NCBI RefSeq assembly: GCF_001194135.2
Contig: NC_068981.1
Span: 18,394,767-18,458,766 of the forward strand
Reading direction: 5' to 3'
Origin: Octopus bimaculoides
Taxonomy: Eukaryota
Length of the DNA: 64,000 bases
In this document: in pieces, positions 53,434-64,000 of the stretch
How the letters are laid out: each line of letters starts with the position of its first letter
How positions within the stretch are numbered: the first letter of the stretch is position 1
The notes under the pieces: generated by a model
The model's database searches: none
The model's input: the letters and a program-made list of their open reading frames with translations, nothing else
What the model was told of the DNA's origin: nothing
Program-made: the position numbers and the translations under genes

Positions 53434-54405
53434 TATTTTGTTTAAAAGAGTTCCAACACTGTCTGTTTTTTATGTTTTATTTATATTCCTGCAGAACCAA
53501 TGTGGGATATAGAATATGGAATATACAATATATAATATAATATACAATATATAATATAAAATAAAATAAAATAAAAATGGATGGCACCATGAAATAAAGA
53601 ATTGAATGTAGATGAAATATTGAGTGTTCAATATAAAGGATCAAATATATAAATATATANNNNNNNNNNNNNNNNNNNNNNNNNNNNNNNNNNNNNNNNN
53701 NNNNNNNNNNNNNNNNNNNNNNNNNNNNNNNNNNNNNNNNNNNNNNNNNNNNNNNNNNNNNNNNNNNNNNNNNNNNNNNNNNNNNNNNNNNNNNNNNNNN
53801 NNNNNNNNNNNNNNNNNNNNNNNNNNNNNNNNNNNNNNNNNNNNNNNNNNNNNNNNNNNNNNNNNNNNNNNNNNNNNNNNNNNNNNNNNNNNNNNNNNNN
53901 NNNNNNNNNNNNNNNNNNNNNNNNNNNNNNNNNNNNNNNNNNNNNNNNNNNNNNNNNNNNNNNNNNNNNNNNNNNNNNNNNNNNNNNNNNNNNNNNNNNN
54001 NNNNNNNNNNNNNNNNNNNNNNNNNNNNNNNNNNNNNNNNNNNNNNNNNNNNNNNNNNNNNNNNNNNNNNNATATATATATATATAGTTAGTGGATCATA
54101 TATCTGAAAAAGAAGTACACTCTAAAAGTTAGAGCAATAATGTATATATTATATAAATATAGGGGTTATGAGAGGTAATGGTGTCAAGAAGACCCAAAGG
54201 TGTCAGGTAATGCTTAGTAAGTGCTATGGACAGACTATAGTTAAGTTCCAGGTTCAGTAATTATGTGAATGTGGAGTCCAACGTAGGTCATATATCAGCA
54301 TGTGTATATATAAAAAAATATATCAGCATGTGTGTATATAAAAAAATTAACAGAATGAGATAAAAATCCAAGGCTGTGAAAGATTTCAGAACATTTATAA
54401 ATAGG

Positions 54406-54453
54406 TCTTACAGCTGTTTCCAGGATATTTCATATGTATCCCTTCATCGGAGA
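54406..54453 (-). ncRNA. Inverted copy of the same hammerhead, core mutated (CCGATGA)
   Basis: Reverse complement reads TCT-CCGATGA-AGGGATAC...ATATCCTG-GAAAC-AGCT-GTA-AGA. Confidence 0.72.
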
Positions 54454-54854
54454 TGGTGTGAGAGAATGGTTAAGCAATAATTATTCTAGGTAAGATATGA
54501 AATAGATAGTGAAGTGGAGGAATGAAAATAGATGTGAGATATGCAGGGATATTGTATCTTCAGTTCCATTATTTCGGCAGAATGGTATATATATATAAGA
54601 TTCTTGTACCTTGTGAATAAACCCTCCATTCAATAACACCGTCTACAAACTCTATGCTTGGAATGACCAATTTTAAGTACTATTGGAACTTACTCACAAG
54701 GTACAAGAATCTTATATGTATGCCATTCTGCCAAAATAATAGAACTACAGATACAATATCCCTGCATATCTCATGTCTATTTTCATTCCTCTACTTCACT
54801 CTCTATTTCATATCTTATCTAGAATAACTATTGCTTAACCATTTTCTCACACCA

Positions 54855-54900
54855 TCTCTGATGAAGGGATATATAAAATATCCTGGAAACAGCTGTAAGA
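54855..54900 (+). ncRNA. Minimal type I hammerhead ribozyme, core intact
   Basis: TCT-CTGATGA-A-GGGATAT-ATAAA-ATATCCT-G-GAAA-C-AGCT-G-TA-AGA: 3-bp stem I, 7-bp stem II, 1-bp stem III with palindromic AGCT loop, GUA cleavage triplet. Confidence 0.82.
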
Positions 54901-55180
54901 CCTTCTATTTATAAAATGTCAGGTCACCAATGAGGCTCTACATGTCAGGTCACCTATGAGGCTCACATAAATGCTACTGGTAACATGTAATCCAGCACAA
55001 CCTGTTGCATGGTCGGGTTGCCAGCGACTAACCTGGCACCCCCCACCAGGCTACCCTGGTGAGGAGGGTTGCTAGAAACCCAGCAGGATTAAAAACAAGA
55101 CCTGTTGAAAGCTCGGATGGACCTAGTGCAGGCTCAACGGCTATCTAGCAATAGCATGGGTATGCAATCATGTTTGGATT

Positions 55181-55214
<34 letters not shown>

Positions 55215-56015
55215 NNNNNNNNNNNNNNNNNNNNNNNNNNNNNNNNNNNNNNNNNNNNNNNNNNNNNNNNNNNNNNNNNNNNNNNNNNNNNNNNNNNNNN
55301 NNNNNNNNNNNNNNNNNNNNNNNNNNNNNNNNNNNNNNNNNNNNNNNNNNNNNNNNNNNNNNNNNNNNNNNNNNNNNNNNNNNNNNNNNNNNNNNNNNNN
55401 NNNNNNNNNNNNNNNNNNNNNNNNNNNNNNNNNNNNNNNNNNNNNNNNNNNNNNNNNNNNNNNNNNNNNNNNNNNNNNNNNNNNNNNNNNNNNNNNNNNN
55501 NNNNNNNNNNNNNNNNNNNNNNNNNNNNNNNNNNNNNNNNNNNNNNNNNNNNNNNNNNNNNNNNNNNNNNNNNNNNNNNNNNNNNNNNNNNNNNNNNNNN
55601 NNNNNNNNNNNNNNNNNNNNNNNNNNNNNNNNNNNNNNNNNNNNNNNNNNNNNNNNNNNNNNNNNNNNNNNNNNNNNNNNNNNNNNNNNNNNNNNNNNNN
55701 NNNNNNNNNNNNNNNNNNNNNNNNNNNNNNNNNNNNNNNNNNNNNNNNNNNNNNNNNNNNNNNNNNNNNNNNNNNNNNNNNNNNNNNNNNNNNNNNNNNN
55801 NNNNNNNNNNNNNNNNNNNNNNNNNNNNNNNNNNNNNNNNNNNNNNNNNNNNNNNNNNNNNNNNNNNNNNNNNNNNNNNNNNNNNNNNNNNNNNNNNNNN
55901 NNNNNNNNNNNNNNNNNNNNNNNNNNNNNNNNNNNNNNNNNNNNNNNNNNNNNNNNNNNNNNNNNNNNNAAATAACAAAAGTATATATTAGTATGACGCT
56001 CGGGAATACGGAAAG

Positions 56016-56052
56016 TCTTTGACGTTTCGAGCTACGCTCTTCAACAGAAAGA
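56016..56052 (-). ncRNA. Minimal type I hammerhead ribozyme variant (CUGUUGA)
   Basis: Reverse complement TCTTT-CTGTTGA-A-GAGC-GTA-GCTC-GAAAC-GTC-AAAGA: 5-bp stem I, 4-bp stem II, loopless palindromic GAAACGTC typical of dimer-acting PLE hammerheads, and A6 replaced by U. Confidence 0.78.
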
Positions 56053-59000
56053 ATACGGAGACAAGGAGAAAAACACGGAGAAAAAAAATTGAATAGTGTT
56101 CAGTCAACGGTCAATCATGTGTGTGTGTTTGTGTGTCTGTGTTTGTCCCCCCACCATCGCTTGACAACCGATGCTGGTGTGTTTACGTCCCCGTAACTTA
56201 GCGGTTCGGCACAAAGAGACCGATAGAATAAGTACTAGGCTTACAAAGAATAAGTTCTGAGGTCGATTTGCTCGACTAAAGGCGGTGCTCCAGCATGGCT
56301 GCAGTCAAAATGACTGAAACTAGTAAAAGATAGTAAGAGACCCGCTACTAGAAGGAAGTTACCTTTATCTGGCCCAAATATTACATTGTGCATATCTGTG
56401 TATTATACACAGTATTAAATTCTTCATAGTTTATTATGCAATGTCTAAGCAATATACTGCAAATCTCATTGTGACATATGCGATATTAAAATCATTTCTC
56501 AAGTGCACTGCAACATATATCGTAGTATCCAAGTGATAAAGCTATCATGCAACATCTGTCATAGCTGATATGACACAGACTGCATGCAATTTGCATCAGG
56601 TTGCATATATTGAAATGCTGCACGATCCGTACATGCAATTGTAATGCAGTATTCAGTGCATTATATAATTTTATCGTTTATTTGTTTCGGTCATTGAACT
56701 GTGGCCATGCTGGAGTCACTGCCCTGAAGGTTTTTATTCAAATTGACCTCAGGGAGTTATTATGTTTTTAAGGTTAGCGTTTAGTGTTTGGTGTTTAATG
56801 TATTGTTCTCTTTTGTTGTACTGCTAAGTTACAGGGAAGCAGACAAACCAGCGACTGTTGTCACATGGTGAGTAGACAAAGCCAAGCACACACACACACA
56901 CACACACNNNNNNNNNNNNNNNNNNNNNNNNNNNNNNNNNNNNNNNNNNNNNNNNNNNNNNNNNNNNNNNNNNNNNNNNNNNNNNNNNNNNNNNNNNNNN
57001 NNNNNNNNNNNNNNNNNNNNNNNNNNNNNNNNNNNNNNNNNNNNNNNNNNNNNNNNNNNNNNNNNNNNNNNNNNNNNNNNNNNNNNNNNNNNNNNNNNNN
57101 NNNNNNNNNNNNNNNNNNNNNNNNNNNNNNNNNNNNNNNNNNNNNNNNNNNNNNNNNNNNNNNNNNNNNNNNNNNNNNNNNNNNNNNNNNNNNNNNNNNN
57201 NNNNNNNNNNNNNNNNNNNNNNNNNNNNNNNNNNNNNNNNNNNNNNNNNNNNNNNNNNNNNNNNNNNNNNNNNNNNNNNNNNNNNNNNNNNNNNNNNNNN
57301 NNNNNNNNNNNNNNNNNNNNNNNNNNNNNNNNNNNNNNNNNNNNNNNNNNNNNNNNNNNNNNNNNNNNNNNNNNNNNNNNNNNNNNNNNNNNNNNNNNNN
57401 NNNNNNNNNNNNNNNNNNNNNNNNNNNCACTTACACACACACACACACACACACACGTGCATACACAAATATGATAGGCTTCCACACAGTTTCTTATTTC
57501 TTTATTGCCCACAAGGGGCTAAACATAGAGGGGACAAACAAGGACAGACAAAGGGATTAAGTGCATAACTGGTGCTTAATTTATCAACCCTGAAAGGATG
57601 AAAGACAAAGTCAACCTCGGTGGAATTTGAACTCAGAACATAAAGACAGATGAAATACTACTAAGCATTATGCCCGGTGTACTAACGTCTCTGCCAGCTC
57701 ACCGCCTTCCACACAGTTTCTGTTTACCAAATTCACTTACAAAACACTGGTGGGGGCAGGGCTATAGCAGAAGAGTACTTCCCCAAGTGACATGAACCAG
57801 AACTGAACCTGAAACCATGCGGATGCAAAGCAAGTTCCTTAACCACACAGCCATATGTGCACCTTCATCTGTATTACAATCTACCCCACAAAAAGTGATG
57901 ATACATTTATACATATGCTGCTGTTGCACCTGACATTGCACCAAACACTGCCACTGCAAAAAAGATCTCTTATGCAATTGATTAATGTCACCTGACTGGC
58001 ACCCGTGCTGGTGGCACGTAAAAAGCACTATTTGAGTGTGATTGTTGGCAGTGCTGTCTGACTGGCTCCCATGGCGGTGGCATGTAAAAAGCACCATATA
58101 AGTGTAGTCATTGCCAGTGCCACCTGTCTGGTCCCATGCTGGTAGCATGTAAAAAGCACCATACCGCCTGACTGCCGCCCCCCCGCCCCATGCTGGTGGC
58201 ACGTAAAAAGCACCATTCGATCATGGTTGATACCAATACCACCTGACTGCCCCCCCAACCCATGCTGGTGGCATGTAAAAAGCACCCACTACACTCCTAG
58301 AGTTGTTGGCGTTAGGAAGGGCATCCAGCTGTAGAAACCTTGCCAGATCAGATTGGAGCCTGGTGCAGCCTCGTGGCTTGCCATTCCTCAGTCAAACCAT
58401 CCAACCCATGCCAGCATAGAAAGTGGACGTTAAACAATGATGATAATGATGATGATGAGAACTTGCAAACCTTCAAATCCCTTCTAAAGGGAGAACCCTC
58501 ATGTAATTGATAGAATAATAATAAATAGCAACCACTTAAATACCCTCAAATGAGGGGAGTCAATAAAAGCTCTAGAAATAGTAGCCTCTTAAACCTCCTC
58601 TAATGAAAGATGCATTATGGTGTTGATAAAAGAATTAGGAAAAAGCTGCCCCTCAAATCCTTACAAATGAGGGACTCCTTATGTAGTTGATAAAAGTATC
58701 AGAAAAAGCAACCCCTCAAATCTCCTCAGGTTATTTATTTAAATATTGTTTGGCTGTGTGGTAAGTAGCTTGCTTACCAACCACATGGTTCCGGGTTCAG
58801 TCCCACTGCGTGGCATCTTGGGCAAGTGTCTTCTACTATAGCCTAGGACCGACCAAAGCCTTGTGAGTGAATTTGGTAGATGGAAACTGAAAGAAGCCAG
58901 TCATATATATATATATATATTTATGTATGTGTGTGTATATGTTTGTGTGTTTGTATTTGTCCCCCCAACATCGCTTGACAACCGATGCTGGTGTGTTTAT

Positions 59001-59528
59001 GTCCCTGTAACTTAGTGGTTTGGCAAAAGAGACCGATAGAATAAGTACTAGCCTTACAAAGAATAAGTCCTGGGGTCAATTTGCTCGACTAAAAGTGGTG
59101 CTCCAGCATGGCAGCAGTCAAATGACTGAAACAAGTAAAGGAGTAAAAGAGTAAATAGAGTAAGAAAAGAAGAAATTATATAATTTAATCAAAGATATTT
59201 CTTGGAAAACAAGACAGAAATAGCTGGAAGTAGTTGACGATAGGTTTACTTCCCTTGCAGTTAACTCTTTAGCATTTAAATTAGCCATATCTGGCCAAAA
59301 TACTCTACCTATTTTGTGTTCAAACTAACCAGATCTGGCCTCTCACACCTATCCTATCTTTAAAATAAACAATCACATCATTGAAAGCTTGAAGCTACAA
59401 CATAATGCTTGGTTAATTTAAAAACAATATGAATAAATAAACTTTGCGTTCGACAGAGTAATCTGAATGCTAAAAGGCTTAAGCAACACTACTATCAACA
59501 ACTGAAACAAATATTGCATTACTGTTAT

Positions 59529-59717
59529 TGGGTACCACAACACAGAGTGGTACCACTTCACACTGTGGTACCACTTCACACTGTGGTACCACTTCACACT
59601 GTGGTACCGCTTCACACTGTGGTACCACTTCACACTGTGGTACCACTTCACACTATGGTACCACTTCACACTATGGTACCACTTCACACTGTGGTACCAC
59701 TTCACAATGTGGTACCA
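59529..59717. repeat. 18-nt minisatellite (GTGGTACCACTTCACACT), about 10.5 copies
   Basis: Units start at 59547, 59565, 59583 ... 59709, with a degenerate unit at 59529. The core GTGGTACCAC is a perfect 10-bp palindrome. Confidence 0.95.
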
Positions 59718-62556
59718 ACTCATTTGATGTAGAATGTCGAATATAGTGCAGCAAAATACTTCAGTGTCTTGTACTATACTTAAACGTTATAGTATAGTAC
59801 GTAGTGGTGCAGTTTTTACTAATGCAGTGTAAGAACTTAGTGCACTTTGTGTGCGTTTGGTGGCACTGTATAACACCGCAATGTACTGAATGGTAGTGCA
59901 GTGTAAGAACATAGAGCAGTGTGTGTAGGTGTGTGCTACAGTGTATCTCAATTAAACAGGTTGTAGTGGTACTGTGTAAATACAGTGCGGTACCACTCTA
60001 TACTGCATCCCAAGACACTATACAACAGTGTTACACTGTAGCACCTCTTATTTCACTGTTCCACTAGACATTGCTTTGTTACACTGCACATATCAAAGAA
60101 ATTCTGTGTCTCATTGACTGGAGCACTTTGTGAAAATGTGAAGTGACTGCTGTTGCCATGGATACCTGTTGATCATTGTTCTGTGATACTATGAAGATAA
60201 AAGTGATGTCATCATCTTCTTCGTTGCCATTGGTTACTTTAGAGATGTTTGATAGACAGCAGTTGGCAAGATAAAACAGCAGACTGGTGTGATATCTCTG
60301 CTAATCTGTTATATAACACCCATGTAAAGCAACAAAAAGACAAAAATAACAACATACTCATACAGCTACTAATACGCATACATTTGTACATACACAGGAG
60401 GCATACTTGAGGATGCACACATATACTTGAATATACATATGAACATGCATACACATGCACTCAAACACATTCACTCATTTAGATGAGTAGTTGGAATTTA
60501 TACTCATTTAAATGTATACATATATATATATATATATATATATCATCATCATCATCATCATCATCGTTTAACGTCCGCTTTCCATGCTAGCATGGGTTGG
60601 ACGATTTGACTGAGGACTGGTGAAACCGGATGGCAACACCAGGCTCCAGTCTAATTTGGCAGAGTTTCTACAGCTGGATGCCCTTCCTAACGCCAACCAC
60701 TCAGAGAGTGTAGTGGGTGCTTTTACGTGTCACCCGCACGAAAACGGCCACACTCGAAATGGTGTCTTTTATGTGCCACCTGCACAAGCCAGTCCAGGGG
60801 CACTGGCAACGATCTCGCTCGAAAATCCTACGGGAGCCAGTCAGGCGGTACTGGCAACGGCCACNNNNNNNNNNNNNNNNNNNNNNNNNNNNNNNNNNNN
60901 NNNNNNNNNNNNNNNNNNNNNNNNNNNNNNNNNNNNNNNNNNNNNNNNNNNNNNNNNNNNNNNNNNNNNNNNNNNNNNNNNNNNNNNNNNNNNNNNNNNN
61001 NNNNNNNNNNNNNNNNNNNNNNNNNNNNNNNNNNNNNNNNNNNNNNNNNNNNNNNNNNNNNNNNNNNNNNNNNNNNNNNNNNNNNNNNNNNNNNNNNNNN
61101 NNNNNNNNNNNNNNNNNNNNNNNNNNNNNNNNNNNNNNNNNNNNNNNNNNNNNNNNNNNNNNNNNNNNNNNNNNNNNNNNNNNNNNNNNNNNNNNNNNNN
61201 NNNNNNNNNNNNNNNNNNNNNNNNNNNNNNNNNNNNNNNNNNNNNNNNNNNNNNNNNNNNNNNNNNNNNNNNNNNNNNNNNNNNNNNNNNNNNNNNNNNN
61301 NNNNNNNNNNNNNNNNNNNNNNNNNNNNNNNNNNNNNNNNNNNNNNNNNNNNNNNNNNNNNNNNNNNNNNNNNNNNNNNNNNNNNNNNNNNNNNNNNNNN
61401 NNNNNNNNNNNNNNNNNNNNNNNNNNNNNNNNNNNNNNNNNNNNNNNNNNNNNNNNNNNNNNNNNNNNNNNNNNNNNNNNNNNNNNNNNNNNNNNNNNNN
61501 NNNNNNNNNNNNNNNNNNNNNNNNNNNNNNNNNNNNNNNNNNNNNNNNNNNNNNNNNNNNNNNNNNNNNNNNNNNNNNNNNNNNNNNNNNNNNNNNNNNN
61601 NNNNNNNNNNNNNNNNNNNNNNNNNNNNNNNNNNNNNNNNNNNNNNNNNNNNATATATATATATATATATATAGGGATCTAGCTTGACCTTACCTGAGAT
61701 TTGAAACCAAATCCACCCACTTGTTGCTTGTCAAAAAGAGTGGGGGAGTGGGCCGAATCCTCTCCACACTAGATGATTGATGATGAAACATTCAACACCT
61801 GTGCTGGTCAAGGAAAGGTCAGTCCTTTGTTCAGCATTTGACCTACATTACTGACCATAGTCTTTATAGCAGAGAACACTTCCTGTCTGTCTGTCTGTCT
61901 GTATCTCTTTTTTATGTCAGCAGACCAAGGAGCAACATGGTCTTTTGTGTCAGCCAGACCAACGAGCAACACATCAGCCATGACCAAGAACAACACTTTC
62001 CTCAGCTGCATGAAAGATGATGCCACCTTTATCCTTTCTTCCTTTCTAGTCAGCACCGTGCATTCCTTACTCTTTCACCCTCTACTAACAGACAACCTTT
62101 TTCTACACTATTAACTACTAACCAGCGAGCCAAACCTGTTGTCATTATCACTAAAATTGCTACTGTCTCTTTAACTACCTGTCAGAAAAACACATAAATA
62201 TATGTAAATAATATTTCTTCCTTCTTGGTGTTGATTCTTTGATGTTCACTGGTTATTCCGACGCAAGAACCTTGAAGTGTTACGTCTACACACTACATTT
62301 AGTAGTGGACTACATCGTATCAACCTGATATCACATCTCACATCCAGCCCGCTACATATAAATACACATGATATCATCAATTTTAAAATTTATCCACAGA
62401 TGATATGAACAATAGTGACATCTGATTTCAAATCTCAGTGTTTCAATGTTTTGCTTATAAATTTTTATGCACCATGTGCTCTGTTTTTGGCGCAAAACAA
62501 AACCAGTTGCACTGTCAGAGTTTAACGTGACAGTTATGGATTATTAACCCAGTAGG

Positions 62557-62611
62557 CCACACTGATGAGGCTCAGGGTTTAAATACCCAAAAACCGAAAC
62601 CTGGTTTGTGG
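62557..62611 (+). ncRNA. Type I hammerhead ribozyme, core intact, GUU cleavage triplet
   Basis: CCACA-CTGATGA-GG...GGGT-TTAAAT-ACCC...CC-GAAA-C-CTG-G-TT-TGTGG, with a 5-bp stem I (CCACA/TGTGG). It lies between two copies of an 84-bp direct repeat (62376-62459 and 62852-62935). Confidence 0.75.
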
Positions 62612-63031
62612 ATGTCCCTAATTGCATATTTTTATTTTATGCTGTAAAATGTTTTAATTCTTTCTGTTTTCCTCGCATACTGTTTTTCTCTGTTATCTTG
62701 GTGTGGTATGGTGGATTAATTTAAGACTTTAGCTCTTATTTCTAGCAGGTGTGTGCTTTTTAAGCAATATTACTCTTCATGCAAATTTATAATTCATAGC
62801 TATATAATGCTATTGTGCCTGCAATCCACCCATGTCACTGCTGGTGATATAATCAATTTTATAATTTATCCACAGGTGATATGAACAGTAGTGACATCTG
62901 ATTTCAAATCTAAGTGTTTGAATATTTTGCTTATATATATGTATATATATATGTATGTGAGTGTGTGTGTGTGTGTGTTTGTATATATTAGTACATTGGC
63001 AAAGAAAAATTTTTCTTTTTGCCCTTATTTA

Positions 63032-63063
<32 letters not shown>

Positions 63064-63379
63064 CTCGTTTAAATATATATATATATATATATACATGAAC
63101 ACACATAATTATACATTTACATAGACACGACCATACCTGTATGCATATACCTGTATTTGTACACTTGTATGCAGGTATATACACACATGCATATGTATAT
63201 ATGCTTCTATACAAATGTACAGATATTTGTACACACACACATTTATTCATATATTTATATATATATACACATACTCACACCTATATACATTTGTTGTTAC
63301 ACACGTGTATGTACATACATATTAACATGTCGTTTTATGTACTTCCATGAGCAAGCATACACATCTGTATTCATTACAT

Positions 63380-63412
<33 letters not shown>

Positions 63413-63523
63413 CACAAATAATTGTATGCATGCATGTATATACCTTTACACCAGGCTCACGCATTATTGTATGCATACATAGACAATTGCATTTATACAC
63501 TCAATGAGTGTATACAAACATTG

Positions 63524-63596
<73 letters not shown>

Positions 63597-63763
63597 GTGT
63601 ACATTGCAACACTAACCAGTACACATGCATGAATATATATATAGTCGATTCAAACATGAACAAGCAAGAAAGAACACAAAAAACATGAAAAAACAACGAC
63701 GCAAGGACGTGGAATAAGTACAGTGTTATTGGACGCACAGGAAAGGAAAGAAAAGAAAGAGGA

Positions 63764-63796
63764 TTTAACTTTTCGAGCAGAGCTCTTCGTCAGAAA
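63764..63796 (-). ncRNA. Minimal type I hammerhead motif, same family as 56016-56052, stem III base mutated
   Basis: Reverse complement TTT-CTGACGA-A-GAGC-TCT-GCTC-GAAA-A-GTT-AAA (GAAAA where GAAAC is expected). Confidence 0.68.
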
Positions 63797-63917
63797 TATA
63801 TGAAAAGTCCATAGAAGTTAAGACAGAGAAAGAAAATCGCCAACAATGCACACACGGTCACATATTGGAATATATATATATATATATATACATACATGCA
63901 TATATGGGTACAGGATG

Positions 63918-63959
<42 letters not shown>

Positions 63960-64000
63960 AAAAAGAAAATGGAGGGGATACAAAAATGACATACATCAGC

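Larger units (their letters stand above)
54100..54919. mobile_element. PLE remnant with inverted terminal-repeat arrangement (230-bp arms 54391-54620 and 54690-54919)
   Basis: The arms are reverse complements around a 69-bp spacer, and each arm carries a hammerhead motif. Inverted or tandem hammerhead-bearing pseudo-LTRs are a PLE hallmark. Confidence 0.75.

Noticed and set aside
54920-55180. GC-richer segment resembling an RTE 5' UTR with a possible HDV-like ribozyme
   Set aside because: Small hairpins are present, but I could not assemble the nested double pseudoknot or locate the catalytic C context.
60165-60240. Possible minus-strand exon (TNGNEEDDDITFIFIVSQNNDQQ) with AG/GT boundaries
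   Set aside because: It is a single short candidate with no partner exons and no recognisable domain. It needs RNA-seq.

Overview
Animal genomic DNA: AT-rich, microsatellite-dense, with many N gaps bounded by (TA)n or (CA)n. The SINE/LINE repertoire looks like an octopod cephalopod (Octopus; inferred from repeat content, not confirmed). The only host coding sequence I can support is the 3' part of a + strand BAIAP3/Munc13-4 (UNC13D)-family gene. Six GT-AG exons (213-245, 6899-7054, 31424-31511, 36258-36420, 40823-41039, 52885-53022) splice in phase into 264 aa plus stop, covering the end of the MUN/MHD2 region, a complete C2B domain with all five Ca2+-ligand aspartates, and the C-terminal helix. 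The rest is intron or intergenic DNA filled with mobile elements: RTE LINE fragments (one with a YADD RT, many 3'-UTR-only copies with (GAT)n tails), an R4/Dong-like LINE remnant, a CR1-like remnant, two tRNA-derived SINE families (CORE-like and Meta-like), several MITEs/foldbacks, and two minisatellites. The most notable layer is Penelope-like retroelement (PLE) DNA. It includes a near-complete but dead Naiad-type RT + GIY-YIG element in intron 2 and six type I hammerhead-ribozyme motifs, some with intact catalytic cores. One intact core sits inside a 230-bp-arm inverted repeat 1.4-1.9 kb downstream of the stop codon. No CRISPR, rRNA or bona fide tRNA genes were found. Most ORFs in the track are microsatellite or N-gap artefacts. 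Repeat boundaries are read by eye and are approximate unless a TSD or TIR is quoted.
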